A stretch of 56,516 bases of DNA, counting the filler, from Basidioascus undulatus (Eukaryota): the NCBI GenBank assembly GCA_000826855.1. It is 4 parts of 4 records of this genome, joined end to end, with 100 filler letters (N's around TTAATTAATTAA, not from the genome) between each part and the next. Parts side by side here need not be neighbours in the genome. Positions count along the whole stretch, not along the records: positions 1 to 29,289 come from JTLS01000131.1; positions 29,390 to 38,377 come from JTLS01001313.1; positions 38,478 to 47,448 come from JTLS01001314.1; 1 more part is not named here. One strand, written 5' to 3'. The position numbers were made by a program, and so were the translations under genes. The notes below the pieces were generated by a model. The model ran no database searches. It was not told the origin of the DNA and saw nothing but the letters and a program-made list of their open reading frames with translations. This document shows, piece after piece, positions 28,171-39,786 of the stretch (position 1 is its first letter; every line of letters begins with the position of its first letter).

Positions 28171-28755
28171 ACAGACAAATGCGCCAGCGTGGCATCTCAG
28201 TCAGTACTTTCAGGCTCATATGAGCGCCCAGTACTGGATCACTGATACACTCTCAGTCATGTTGCCCAAGGATCAGAAAGTTTGTGAATTAGTAGAGCGG
28301 GTCGTTGAGCTGCTTGTGAGACAACAGTCGCACTCGCTCAGCACCAGACCACTCTGAATCAGGCTATCACTCATCCTCCTCGCCGCCTCCGCCTTCAGGT
28401 CAGCGGAACGCATCTGCTGATTTTCGATCGAGATCCTCGTCCATGTCGACGACTCGAAAAACACGTCTAGCGACGCTGAAAATATGAGCTGATGTGACAG
28501 AACACGCTGGCGGCCCCCGCGCTCGCGTTTGTCGCGCGGGCCTCGTCGCTTCCGATTGAAGCCCGTTCTCAGGCCATCTCCGCCTTCTCGCTTCAGTCTC
28601 AGCCTCACGAACCCTTCGCTACACTCTCCTTTAACTCTCACCACACCCCAGGCCTCAACGCCGACCGCACACTCATTCTTTCGTTTTCGCATTCACTGCC
28701 ATCAGCGCCGCCTAATTACACTTTAATAGCCCCATCTCCCTCTCCCCGCATCACA

Positions 28756-29289
28756 ATGGTCAACGCCACGTCTTCGAACCCCGCCGACAACGGCAAGCGT
28801 AACAACGCCGGCATCGAGAACTACACCAAGTTCTGGGAGAATGACTCCAAGAACGACAACGAAGCGCACAAGAACAACCGCGTCGAGGCGTACACCGACG
28901 TCGTCAATGGTCCGTGTCTTCCCGCTTGGCTGACGCAGGTCCCAGCGCAAGTCAGGTGAGGCGCTAATGGCGGCGGGACGGCACAGGCTACTACGACGGC
29001 GCGACCGAGCTCTACGAGTACGGCGTGAGTGCGATTAACCTGGCAGCGTTACACGAAGCAGGCGCAGGCTGACCGTCTTCTCTCGATAGTGGGGCACCTC
29101 TTTCCACTTCTGCCGCTACTACAAGGGCGAGGCCTTCTACCAGGCTGTGAGCCGCGTCGTCCTTCTCCATGCGGCTCCCGGGACTCATCATTCCACCTCT
29201 GAACTCCCCAGCTGGCCCGGCATGAGCACTACCTCGCCTCGCAGATGAAGATCCCTGCGGGCGCGCGCGTGCTGGACGTCGGCTGTGGT
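28756..29289 (+). CDS. ERG6: Sterol 24-C-methyltransferase, 5' part (truncated by contig end)
   Basis: YTDVVN|GYYDGATELYEYG|WGTSFHFCRYYKGEAFYQA|LARHEHYLA...RVLDVGCG (SAM-binding motif I). Confidence 0.95.
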
Positions 29290-29389
29290 NNNNNNNNNNN
29301 NNNNNNNNNNNNNNNNNNNNNNNNNNNNNNNNNTTAATTAATTAANNNNNNNNNNNNNNNNNNNNNNNNNNNNNNNNNNNNNNNNNNNN
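29290..29389. other. Artificial contig spacer N44-TTAATTAATTAA-N44
   Basis: Exactly 100 nt; the 12-mer has stops in all six frames; different genes lie on either side. Confidence 0.97.
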
Positions 29390-29446
29390 TTCTCCTCGTC
29401 TCTTGTTCCCCACGGTCGATTCTGATGGTTTTTGGTGCCACTGCAG

Positions 29447-29489
29447 GTCGAAGGGCTACCTCCTATTCTATTCCAAAGTTCGAGCATGA
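29447..29489 (+). CDS. Terminal exon of a probable ubiquitin-specific protease (USP)
   Basis: After branch ctgat and tgcag acceptor: SKGYLLFYSKVRA*, matching the USP C-terminal (A/G)YLLFY motif. The rest of the gene lies beyond the contig start. Confidence 0.5.
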
Positions 29490-31289
29490 CATGACAAGAG
29501 GAACACATGTTTGCTTTTCATCTTTCTCACCCTTTTCGCACCACACCACCGCATCGGACCCGGGACCTGCATTTTTACCTCGACCTTGACCATGTACCCA
29601 CGCGCACACATGACACTGCCTAATTATAGACTTGCCCAGTTACCCGCCGATCCCGCGTGGCTCGTAGGGATGGGCGGACGGAAAGGCTTGGGAAGTGTGA
29701 GGAAGGTAGGAACGCGTGCCTACAGTATTGTGCACGACTCGAAGTTGTTACCTCGTCGTGTCGGTCTGAACGCGTGTTGCATAGTACGGAACGCAGTTCA
29801 GTAAGGGATCGATTGCAGGGGATAACTAGTGGAAGAGCTGAACGCCGAGTGCGCTGAGTCGACACAGCGTTTCCGCAAGAGCAGTTAGGCCAGCACTGCT
29901 GGCTTGTACGCTGGCGAGCATTACTCCTGAAATCATACAAACCCGGAAATCATGTTGTTGAAGTTTCATTGTACGATACAAGGAATCCAAGGAACAGAAC
30001 AGATTGCTCTCGATCACTGCATCTGTCTGCAATCTCCTCCAGCAACTTTGATGGTTGATCCGCCCCACCCGCCGCTCACTCCAGCCGAGTATGGAGGACA
30101 CGGTCTACGTTCAAAAGGAGTTATTTCCTCCCGATCACTGGCCTCCCGACACGGTGCGTAGCTACCGGGAGGGCAAGGAGCCAGTGTGGAGCTGGTCCCG
30201 CGAGCGGCAGTCTCGGCGCTACGACTGGGAGTCGCTTCGTCCGACCCTCAGCTTTTACCTCGACCTCTAGGAAAAGACCTCTATAGAGTTCCGCGGTTTC
30301 CGAACCAAGCCTCGGGGTGATCTTGACCAGCCGCAGCTGCTGCGCCTGGAGGGATGCGGGCGCATGCTACGAGGGCTGGGAAACTGAAGTGCGGGGACAA
30401 ACGGCTTCTTGATTTGGCAGGTGAGTGCCTCTCCCGTTGACATAAGGTCTTCCGGTCGATATATAAGGAGGTCTTCTTGTTGGCTCAGGACACGACGCCT
30501 CTCGGAACGACTACTTCGACATCGAGCGGTCCGCCGGCGCGCGCACTTTGGAAGCGCTCGCTAGGCGGCTGAGCTACTTCGACGCGGCAGGCATAACGAA
30601 CCTGTCACTGGCTCAGCGAAAAGAGGAGGGTAAGCGGAGGGGTATGTGGCTCTAGGCCTTCTTGGAGTTGGTGGGAGGGAGTTGACTGCGCCTCTGTAAT
30701 CAGGATTCCCAAAGCTGGTGGATAGGCCACCTTTTTGGACGGAGCTTCAAGTATCATATCCCTACCACCTTCGTCCGCCCCTTAGAGAGCCCCTCCACTT
30801 GTACTCCAGTGGTCTGGGGCGTTGCCAGCTTCGTACACATGAAGAGACCATGTTCTGTCCTATGTTTAAGCGAAAGGTTGGGCATCCAGCGCACAGCTTT
30901 GCAGCCCGAACCAAAGTACTAATGACAACGTCTACCTCAGCAGATTCTGCAAAATCTCTAGATTGCATATTAACATATACGTTCCCAGAAGGTGAACGAC
31001 ATCTGCGTGCTCGAGCGCTGTGCGGAAGAGGGCGCTCAAGCATGCAACCACTTTGTCGCCTGTGCCTTCGCGAAGCTGGCTGTAGCGGTATCAAGCTCCC
31101 AACATGCTGCTATCTACGACTGCCTAATAGTAAGCTCAATTTGGTAGGCTTACTTGCTCCGCCTCTAGCCGGAATACATGCTGCATAAAGCTGGATAGCG
31201 TGGCCAGCTGCAGCCAACACTCAGAGCAGTCGATATGCCCATCACTTTTCAGCCGAAATGCCCTGCTTACATGACTTATGTGAGATTAC

Positions 31290-32100
31290 TTTCTCCGTGA
31301 GATTTTCAGATGATGAAAGCACAGAGAGGTCAGCCAAAAACCACCGGGTAAACTATGGGACTTGACATACTTGTTCTGTACAAACAAAGTAGTCTGCGTT
31401 GACTGAATAACGAACAGCCGGGAGGATGAGTAGGGACAGTCCAGAGTTCGTGGGGCAAAGTGGGGTAGCCTGTCCAGATAGAGCTCGGTGTGCGATAACT
31501 TCCGGGTTCGAATGGTGTTGGGAGACGGCACCCGGACCAACTCCTCGAAGTCAAGGATGTCGCTGACAACCAGTGTGTGAAGGGCCGAGGCGCACTTCAA
31601 GTTAAGGCACATGGTCATATGATAGCTCTGCTTCGAGGGCGGTGACCCCCATATGAGCGTGTTGAGGTTCTTGGTCGACTCAAGAAGGTCGCGGAGACTT
31701 GACCCGACCCGTACTTCAGCGGACTACCAGCGACGACCCGCGCCGAGCTGATTGCAGAAAGTGAACAAGCCAGTCCACAGTGTTAATGCCACGTTGAATT
31801 TCACTGACCTTAATGTTTCAACCATTCGGACCTACCGGACCAAGTCCAGATTGGCTCCCCCTCGCTTCACGATAGACTTGAGGAGCTTCGAGTCTTCCCC
31901 GAGACAGCATGCACATTGATGCACGACCAAAGAACCCGTCGCGCGAGTGTTTTTGTGAGCCTCGAAACGCTGCACAGGCTGGCGAGGGCGGAGCGCGTCT
32001 TCGCTTCCACAGCCCTCGGCTCGCCCGGGTGCTCATGTGCCAGGTCGGCGGCAAGACATTCGGCGACATGCCTAAGAATCTCGGTGGCAAGATAGTAGGA
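31290..32100 (-). pseudogene. F-box-like pseudogene (copy B)
   Basis: YLATEILRHVAECL...SALASLCSVSRLTKTLARRVLWSCINV, a frameshift near 31900, then LRR-like fragments (LKCASALHTLVVSDI). Confidence 0.55.
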
Positions 32101-32559
32101 GACTTAGGGTTAGGGTTGGGAGGAGGACAAGCCTAGGCTGAGATCGCTGCGGGATTTGTTTGTCTTGCATGTTGACATGCTTCCCGGTTTTGTCCCCGGT
32201 TAAATGTAGAGGTGCTTAGGGACCGGAGTACATTTTTCAAGTCCAAACGTGACCTCGAAATTGAAGCCATTGGAAAGTGCGAGATGCACAGAGTTCGGCA
32301 GAGTCAGCAGCCTAGGCAGAGTTACAGACATTTGATAAACGCCAAATGCCACAAGTATTGGATGTACTGGAACTTCCCTAACATCCCCCGTTCGCACTCA
32401 GTCGCGCAAAATGGAAGTGTGGCCGGTTAACTCCCTACACGCACGTCTGACGGCGAAGATACCTTTCCGTCATGGCAAGCTACTCGTACTCAGTCTGTTG
32501 AACATAAGTACCAGCGGAGCAATGTAGTCCAGACATCCCACACTTCCTCGCGGAGAGCT

Positions 32560-32900
32560 CCAACTACCCCTTGTGCACGAGCAACCTGTACATGCACCAC
32601 TGCGCGCCGGCGTGGACACTCCTCCACGTATGAAATGTTAGACTCTCCAGCTATTCCTCAAGCGCCTCCCAAACCCCACAGCTATAGTCTTGGATCGCCC
32701 GTCGGACTCCTCCTGGCTGTTCTTGACCTCGTCTAGTTAGGACCTCATCCACCCCCTCGAGCGCGCGCAGTGCCGCTAGCGCCCGACGGTGCGCCTCCAA
32801 ATACCGTGCTCAACGTTGTGATGATACAATTCGGAGATGATGTCGCTCAACACCTGCTTCGGCTTGCTGGTGGGCGGGAATACTGGTGGTGCCGGTGGGG
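32560..32900 (-). pseudogene. Frameshifted paralog of the helical ORF at 33174-33662
   Basis: Fragments VLSDIISEL, LEAHRRALAALRALEGVDEVL and LTFHTWRSV align by eye to VAYIMSVL, EALRRATVALDALEDVDEIL and MTFLLAWRNA of the neighbouring ORF. Confidence 0.45.
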
Positions 32901-33173
32901 AGATGGGGGCGGGAGAGACTCTAGAGCAAGGACGTGATCGACGAGAAACTGCAGCAGCTGGCGCGAAATCAAACGCAGGTATTGTTCAACGGGACCGTGC
33001 GAACTTGACGATGGTCATAAATACGGGTACCGGTAGTTTCAGGTGTTCTGAACTTTCATGACCACTCATTACTCGGTGTAAAAAAAAAGGGGTGCTTGAA
33101 AGATCCCCCGCGGTGGCGGCATGTCGGGGAGAAGTTCGAAGAGCTTTTCTGTCACTGAAAAGGCTCCCCTAGC

Positions 33174-33662
33174 TCAGTTCTTGCGTTGCAGATCAGCAGC
33201 AGTGAAGCGACAAGTTATATCTTTCAGCATGTTCCTCCATCTCATTCCGCCCCTAGGACAGCACCAACCACCCCTTTCTCGCGTGATCCTGTACGTGCAC
33301 CATTGAAAGGACACGTTCGCGTTCCTCCACGCGAGAAGGAAGGTCATCGCCTTCAGCGTCTGCAGTCCCTCCCTAAACCTCACAACCATAGCCGTTGCCT
33401 GTTCCTTCGACTCCCCCTCCATGCCATCCCTGATTTCGTCCAATATCTCGTCCACATCCTCCAGCGCATCCAGCGCCACCGTGGCCCGACGCAGCGCCTC
33501 GGCGCACTGCGCGGCCGGGCCGTGATGGGTGCGCTGCCTCCGCAGAACGGACATGATATACGCCACCCCCTCCCTCTCTGGGCTGGCGTTCGTTGGAACC
33601 TCAGTCGATAATGACGGTGTGAGAGAGCATTTGAGGTCCTCCAGAGTCGGAACATGCTGCAC
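33174..33662 (-). CDS. Small alpha-helical hypothetical protein (true start and stop uncertain)
   Basis: Open frame with protein-like amphipathic sequence and a local paralog at 32560-32900. Confidence 0.4.
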   Translation of the reverse strand: MQHVPTLEDLKCSLTPSLSTEVPTNASPEREGVAYIMSVLRRQRTHHGPAAQCAEALRRATVALDALEDVDEILDEIRDGMEGESKEQATAMVVRFREGLQTLKAMTFLLAWRNANVSFQWCTYRITRERGGWCCPRGGMRWRNMLKDITCRFTAADLQRKN

Positions 33663-33669
33663 GAGAGTC

Positions 33670-34450
33670 CGGAGCAGCTGGAAGCAATGGCGCCAAGTGA
33701 TGGTTCAGTCGGAACAACACAATTTATGAACATGGCTGTGCTTACACCTTCTTCTGTGGCGACCGAGGTCCTGCGTAGCAAGATGAGGACCGAAAGACCG
33801 GTAAGTTCGGCAAGCGAGCAGGAGCCAGCTCCTTGGCAAGGGTCTCGACGTCGAGTTGGCTCATCCGCGAGGTCGAGCATGCGGACAGCCTCAGAGTGCA
33901 CCAATGTGGTACAGTTACGGAAGTGTTCGAGTTGTGTAGGGTTGGGGCGGATGCAAAGTCGGGGTCGAATTTGAAGGGGCTGGCGGCGCCCTGCAGGCTC
34001 TTCGCGCCCGCTGACTCCCAGATGAGAGTCTGGACGCGATTTGCTCTTTTGAGCAGGATGGTCTGAAAGGTGTTCCCGACGGAATGATGAAGTGGGTCAC
34101 CGACGGCGACGCGGAGAGATCAACAGGGCGTCAAGGAGAGCGACAGCCTGCAGCCTGAGAAGAATGGGACGTACCTAATTAACTCGAGGATCTCCGTGGA
34201 TCGCACAAACCAGGCGAGCTACATAGAGTCTTTTGAATCTATTGCACGGACGTTCACGCACACGAGAGTACCGGTCGGGCGACGGTGCGGAGGAGCTTGG
34301 AACTGAGGCAGAGTGAAGCTAGCGCTGATCGCGGCTCTGCTCGCTGGCCCACGACCTGCTTAGATGCGCATCTTGCAGCTCGGCGCCGAGGTGCCCTACA
34401 ATTTCTGCGAGGATGTCGGTGGCGAGTTGAGGGAGTTCATCGCTGTGCGG
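33670..34450 (-). pseudogene. F-box-like pseudogene (copy A)
   Basis: LPQLATDILAEIVGHL (34388-34435) and, after a frameshift, SALASLCLSSKLLRTVARPVL (34266-34328); downstream frames are broken; 3' boundary approximate. Confidence 0.5.
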
Positions 34451-34518
34451 GTGGGCGGAGACCGGTGGGTGCCTTGTCCTCGAGGTGTATGCACTAAGTT
34501 AGTAGCGGCGTTGAAACG

Positions 34519-36926
34519 TCACGGGATTTTGTTCTTGATGTTCTTCCTCGAGAAAAGATACCCCATCAACCGCCCCCACGTCCACGCGCGACTACGCACC
34601 TGGTACACGACCGCCACAATCCCCTCCGCCGCTGCGGCACAGCGCGCAGCGTGCAGCGCGGGGCACCGGGGGAGACGTGTGGGGTGTGGAGGAGGAGCTG
34701 GCCCTGCCGTCCCATCCCCATCAGCGTATGCCCCGAGCTTGGAGATCGTGGGGACGACGGACATGTGCCCGAGAGAGAGGGTCGTGATCTTCTGGATGTT
34801 GGGGAGCGTGTGCGTATCCTCGTGCGTGAGCGGGGCGCGCATGCCGGGGCGGCAGGCTCCGCAGGAAGGAGGTGATGAGCGCGTCGAGGCCTGCAGACTC
34901 CTTACTCTCGCGCACGGCCTTCAGGCGCTCCTCATCGTCCTCTTCCTCCTCCAGCGCAAGGTGCAGCGCGTGCGGGTACCGCCTGCCAGAGGAGGGGGAG
35001 GAGGGGGGGGGAAGACGGAGTCGTTAAGGCGCGCGGCGCGCGAGACGAGGGACATGTCTTTGATTGAGTGGGCGAGGGGGTTGGAGTGGGAGGTGAAGAG
35101 GTTGGGGGAGAGGAAGGAGGAGGGCGAGGGGGGGGGGGATACCCAGGGGTCCGGACTGCTCCGTCTCAAAAGTGAGCACCTTCGACTCTGAAGGTTGCTG
35201 CGGGAAAGAAGGAGGCGCACCGCTCGACCTGGGAGGGAGAAGACTGTCGAGATCTCCGCTTCGTCGATGATCACTGGCCAGCCGCACTGCCCCTCCCCAC
35301 CACGCATTCAGCTCCACCTTCCCACACTCCCCCCCCCCATGCACAGCGGAAGACCCACCGAGATCGACCCTGCCCGATCCAATATCCAAAGCGCCCAGAA
35401 CACAGCGAGCGGGCTCGCTTGCTCAAGGGGTTCGCTCAGCACGCGCGCATGTCGTCGAGCTGCGCCCGCGGACAGCGCGGCGGCGGAGAGACGGTGGTAG
35501 CCTAGGGAGATGGCGGTTCGGAGCCTGGGGGAAGAGGACAGCGTGAGAGGAGGGCGGAAGGGGAGGAGGGGTTGGGACGCACCGACGCCGGTTAGGGCCC
35601 ACGCTGTGGTCACTTTCGATTGGCTGTAGCAGTGTATCTGCCCTCTCCCAGTATCTCAGCCTTCCGCTCCTGACAAACTAAGTATCACCATGCACAGCAA
35701 GGATCAAGCAAGCCTGCAGCACCCCCAGCGCTTCTCCACCTCCCCCCTGCCCCCCGGACCCGGACCCCCGGCCATAACAGCCTCCATGATGAGTCCCCTT
35801 GCGCGCTCCGCGGGGACGCCCGGCAGCGCACTGAAGCGCGAGACGGACGCGTAGATCGCGCAGAAGAGGGCGGGGTGCGGCTTGTACGGCGAGGCGGAAG
35901 GGGCGTAGAGGAAGGCGAAGAGGCTGAGGGGGTGCAGGATTGAGGAGACGCCGGAGCGGGTGAAGAAGATGTGGAGCCTTCCTCCCCACGCATGGACTTA
36001 GTAAGCTACGCCGGGGCTGCGGTATTGGGGAAAACGGAAGGAATACGCACAGCCCCGCAGACACATGCGGCGGTACATCGTCCGCGAATGGATGTCTCCC
36101 CATCTCCCGCGGCTGCCCCTCTCCTACTCCCACTCCACCAAGCGCATACCCCGCCCCAGTGCTAAGCATCCCCCTTCATCGTAAAGTCGTACCCCACCCT
36201 GAGGGCAGGCGTCTCGTCCGCAAACGCCTCAAACGCCCGCGTACAGGCCCTGGCTGTACGCCGGTGGGTCATGCTCCGCGTAGGGCGGCGGGGGCGTTTC
36301 GGAGTGGGAATGCGGATGTGGATGTGGAGAGGGAGGGGGAGCGAGTCGATGCGCAGGGCTGCGAGTTCTTGCTGCAGTGCGACTGCGGGGACGGGTGTGA
36401 GTCACTCCAGAAACGTAGGGGAGGGGACCCCGGGGGCGAGGGTGGCTCGGGAGGGAAGGGGGAAGGAAAGGTGAGGGAGAAGGCGGGTGGCATGGAAAGG
36501 GGAGAGGAAGATGAGGAAGGTGAGGTGTGGGGATGGGAATGGGGAGAAGATAGCACAGATCTTGTCCTCCAGCCGCCCAATCCTTCCGCGCTGCCGCGGC
36601 GCGTCGTACCGGCACGCGTGGCCGAACTCGGCGCAGTGGGAACAGGCGGGGCGGAGGGCGTCGCATTTTTGGTCGTCCATCCACACGCATGGACTCAGTT
36701 TTCTGTTCCGTTCAATCTGAAGTGGTTTATTAGAGTAAAGATAGGGGGAAGAGTAGGGAAAGTGGGGCGAGGTAGGTGGTTAATGGGAGAGGGGCAGGGG
36801 AAAGGGGGCAGGGGAGGGAGTGGGTAGGGAGGAGAAGAGAAGACGCACCAACTTCCTCCTCCTGCACTCCACACACGCATCCCCCTGCCGGAGCGTCTTG
36901 CTCTCCAAACTATCAAGATCGAGCAT
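34519..36926 (-). pseudogene. Zn(II)2Cys6 transcription factor with fungal middle-homology region, disrupted as sequenced
   Basis: MLDLDSLESKTLRQGDACVECRRRKL|KCDALRPACSHCAEFGHACRY; later LQACLILA|IHCY...AWALTG, AISLGYHRL, VFWALWILDR. Several frameshifts and a CAA in place of the CAG acceptor. Confidence 0.78.
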
Positions 36927-37712
36927 TGTCACTCTCACGTCCCACTCCCACTCTCAAAGCCCTCAGCCGCTAGCACTAGCCCTTTTCTCTAGTGGTGATG
37001 TTCGATAGCGTGCAGGAGCACAAGGACGAGGACCAGGGTGAGGCGGGGACTATAGAACGCGTTGTGACGGTCAGTGAGCGCTCAAACGACTTTGGACAGG
37101 AATCGAGAAGACGGGATGGGATGGGCATGAGAAGGTGGGGAGAGGTGGAGCCAGGCGGGCATCAGCGATGGCCGATGACGGAAGTGCCGTCGGTTGCAGC
37201 CCCTGACGGCGGGAGTGTCGAGCAGTCACTGCAGCTGCAAGGGTCTCTCCGAAGAGAGGAAGGGAGTACTTCGTTGTTTAGGAGAACTGAAGAGGGCGAC
37301 GCGTGCAATATTAGTTCGACTTGCTTGGAAAAGACCGCGCACTGCTCAGGTATGGCCCAAGTGAGAGAAGACGAACGGTGCAGTGCGGCGGTGCGGGTCG
37401 GCGTGTCCGCTGCTCTCGCTGGGCTTGTAGTTCTCGCAGAAAAAAAAAATGGGTAAGTTTTTACATTGTCTGGAGAAAAGAAAAAGGCAGTGTGTTCGAC
37501 AAGAAGTTTGAGCCGCTGGAGAAAGACCGCTGCTGGCGAGGGAAGACGATGCGGCGTGCGGTCATGGCCGCTGCCGGTTCTGGCTCTCACTGGGTAGTCG
37601 TTCGAGCAGAAGAACACGCGTGTGCGCCTGTATAGCCTTCTCATATGGCAGGCCCAAGCAGGCGCTCCAAGCACCAGCACATCGCACAACAAGCAAGCAT
37701 TCCACGCTCCGT

Positions 37713-38377
37713 CTACGCCTCCTTCTCCCCCTCTCCCTTCTCCCCCTTCTCCAAGCCCAGCCTGTACCCCTCCAGCGCTCGCGCAACCGCACCACCCCCA
37801 GCCATACTCAGCACCCCCGCCATCTGCTGCGCGGGGCTGCCGACCAGCCCCACAAGCTGCCCGCGAACCGTGTCGATATCCGGCAGCTGCGCGGCGGCGC
37901 GGACAGTGTGCGCGGGCAACAGCCGGTCCTGCACGATCCCGCCGAGGAGTAGCATGCGCGGGTTCGCCGCGGCGTGGGGAGCACTCGGGGTGGCAGGGTA
38001 CGGCGGGAAGAGGGCCGCCTGCGCTGCGGGGGTGAGAGGCTTGAACGGTCTCGGGTTGGAGGACGCGGCGCGCGGGGAGGCCTTGTCGAGGGCGGCGAGG
38101 ACCTGCTTCAGGTATGGCGGGTCGAGCGTCGGAGAGGCGAGGAGCGCGATGGGGCCGGTGAGGAGAGGTTCGAGGGCGCGCACGGTCGGCGAGGTGTGGC
38201 GCCGCGCGAGGCCGGCGAGAACGCCCGTGCGCGCAACGAGGAGTTGCGCGGGGGAGGTGCTGGGGAAGGGGAGGGGGATGGAAGAGAGCGTGGCGCGGAG
38301 GGCGGACCAGTCCCGCGCGGCGAGGCCGTTGTGCTGCAAGAGGAGGAGAATACCGGACGGGGAGGATGGAAGAGCAC
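37713..38377 (-). CDS. Mitochondrial ribosomal protein uL10m, 3' part (5' end lost at contig break)
   Basis: LLQHNGLAARDWSALR, VARTGVL, LLTGPIAL, LLLGGIVQDRLL, LPDIDTVRGQLVGLVGSPAQQMAGVL: ribosomal L10 pattern. Confidence 0.85.
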
Positions 38378-38477
38378 NNNNNNNNNNNNNNNNNNNNNNN
38401 NNNNNNNNNNNNNNNNNNNNNTTAATTAATTAANNNNNNNNNNNNNNNNNNNNNNNNNNNNNNNNNNNNNNNNNNNN
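38378..38477. other. Artificial contig spacer N44-TTAATTAATTAA-N44
   Basis: Same 100-nt spacer, followed by a poly-G contig end. Confidence 0.97.
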
Positions 38478-39786
38478 GGGGGGGGGGGGGGGGGGGAGGG
38501 GGGGGGGGGGGATCGGTTCGAGGGAGGCTGGGGGTGGGTGTAGGGCTGCTGGGGAGGGCACCAATGCTGTGGAGGGGCTGGTTGCGGGATAAGGGTCCCG
38601 CGGCGGTGAAGCTCTGTGATGGGGCCGGGGATCGGGTCGCCCGCATCCTGCATCTTGACGGAACGCCGGTGGTAATCCATGAGAACAAGTCCGTCGGTGC
38701 ATTCGGGGGAGAGCTTGGTGATCGAGTAATGAATTGATTGCTCAGATGCAACGGCGTTGGTCATAAAATGAGAAATGCGCCAAGGCAGAGCTGAGTATTG
38801 CGCGGACATGTAGAGTGCCCAAATGCTATGCGCGCTACGGTCCCATGCATATGGGTAGACCGAACTCCACAGGCAGACGCCCGAAGATTTCCCCTCTATT
38901 GTCCACCTTTCTTTTGAAGAAGGTCGAAACGGCAGAACTTCCACAGGTGGGCTTTAGCAGATTTGGGGAGCATATTTATTCGAATCGCTCCAGATACCTC
39001 AAAAAGTAACGGTTCTTTCCGGCAGCTCACCAAAGCGCATTGCTGCCGCAGGTAGGGAGCTCATTGCCGCCCACCGCGGTTGCTGGCTGCTCCTAACTCA
39101 CATCCCGTCACACTCTCAAGTCTTTTGACTATTCTGGAGAATAGTTTAGGCGAAGGAATTAACTCATCGATGCATTGCGGAAGATGAAAAGTGAAGGCGT
39201 GCTCGCCTGCAACGAGTCTGGCAGCGGTCGGCTGGCAGTGTGGCGTTGGACCATTGCATTTATAAGTCACCTAGAGACAGCATCTCGGAGTCTTTCCGTG
39301 TCTTGACACCCAGAACAGAAAGATGTTCTCAATGCTATTCGTAAGCAGTAGTGGAGAGATCGCAGCCCGCCGCAACAGCCTACCAATTGACCCAACCAAC
39401 TGCCCGACATTTGCCGGTTCCCTTTCCCTTCCTTTCACCTATTGTGTTTACAGAGTATTTGGAAATACCCACGATCTTGATTCTCAAACCAAACGATTCG
39501 TTCTGATTGTTGCTTGTGAGAAGGCAGCACAATAACTCTGGGCTGCGAGAGAACGAACGGAGATAAAATCCCAGGTCCGTTTCGGCCGTTTGCTTCGGCC
39601 GTTCGGCGCAGCACTCGGCACGACGGCAAACTTCTCGGCTTGCTCGCGGCACACGATCGAGGTTGCTCATCCTCAAGTTCCAGGCGGGCGCCGCCGCGTG
39701 CCCTCATTCAACTTGCCATAAAGATGCGGAGCTGCGGCCTCCTCCACCACAAACCAATCACAATCACAACGTAGCCAAGCGGCACC

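Noticed and set aside
30055..30660. Protein-like text with in-frame stops and one intron-like segment
   Set aside because: Probably a gene relic, but no family is recognisable and boundaries cannot be supported.
32104..32120. TTAGGGTTAGGGTTGGG as interstitial telomere or telomerase RNA template
   Set aside because: Only two perfect units, and on the minus strand it reads as PPNPNPK codons just upstream of the F-box motif of a pseudogene.
38478..38700. Possible first exon of a minus-strand gene running into the poly-G contig end
   Set aside because: Too short and without a recognisable motif; the poly-G may be a low-quality end.
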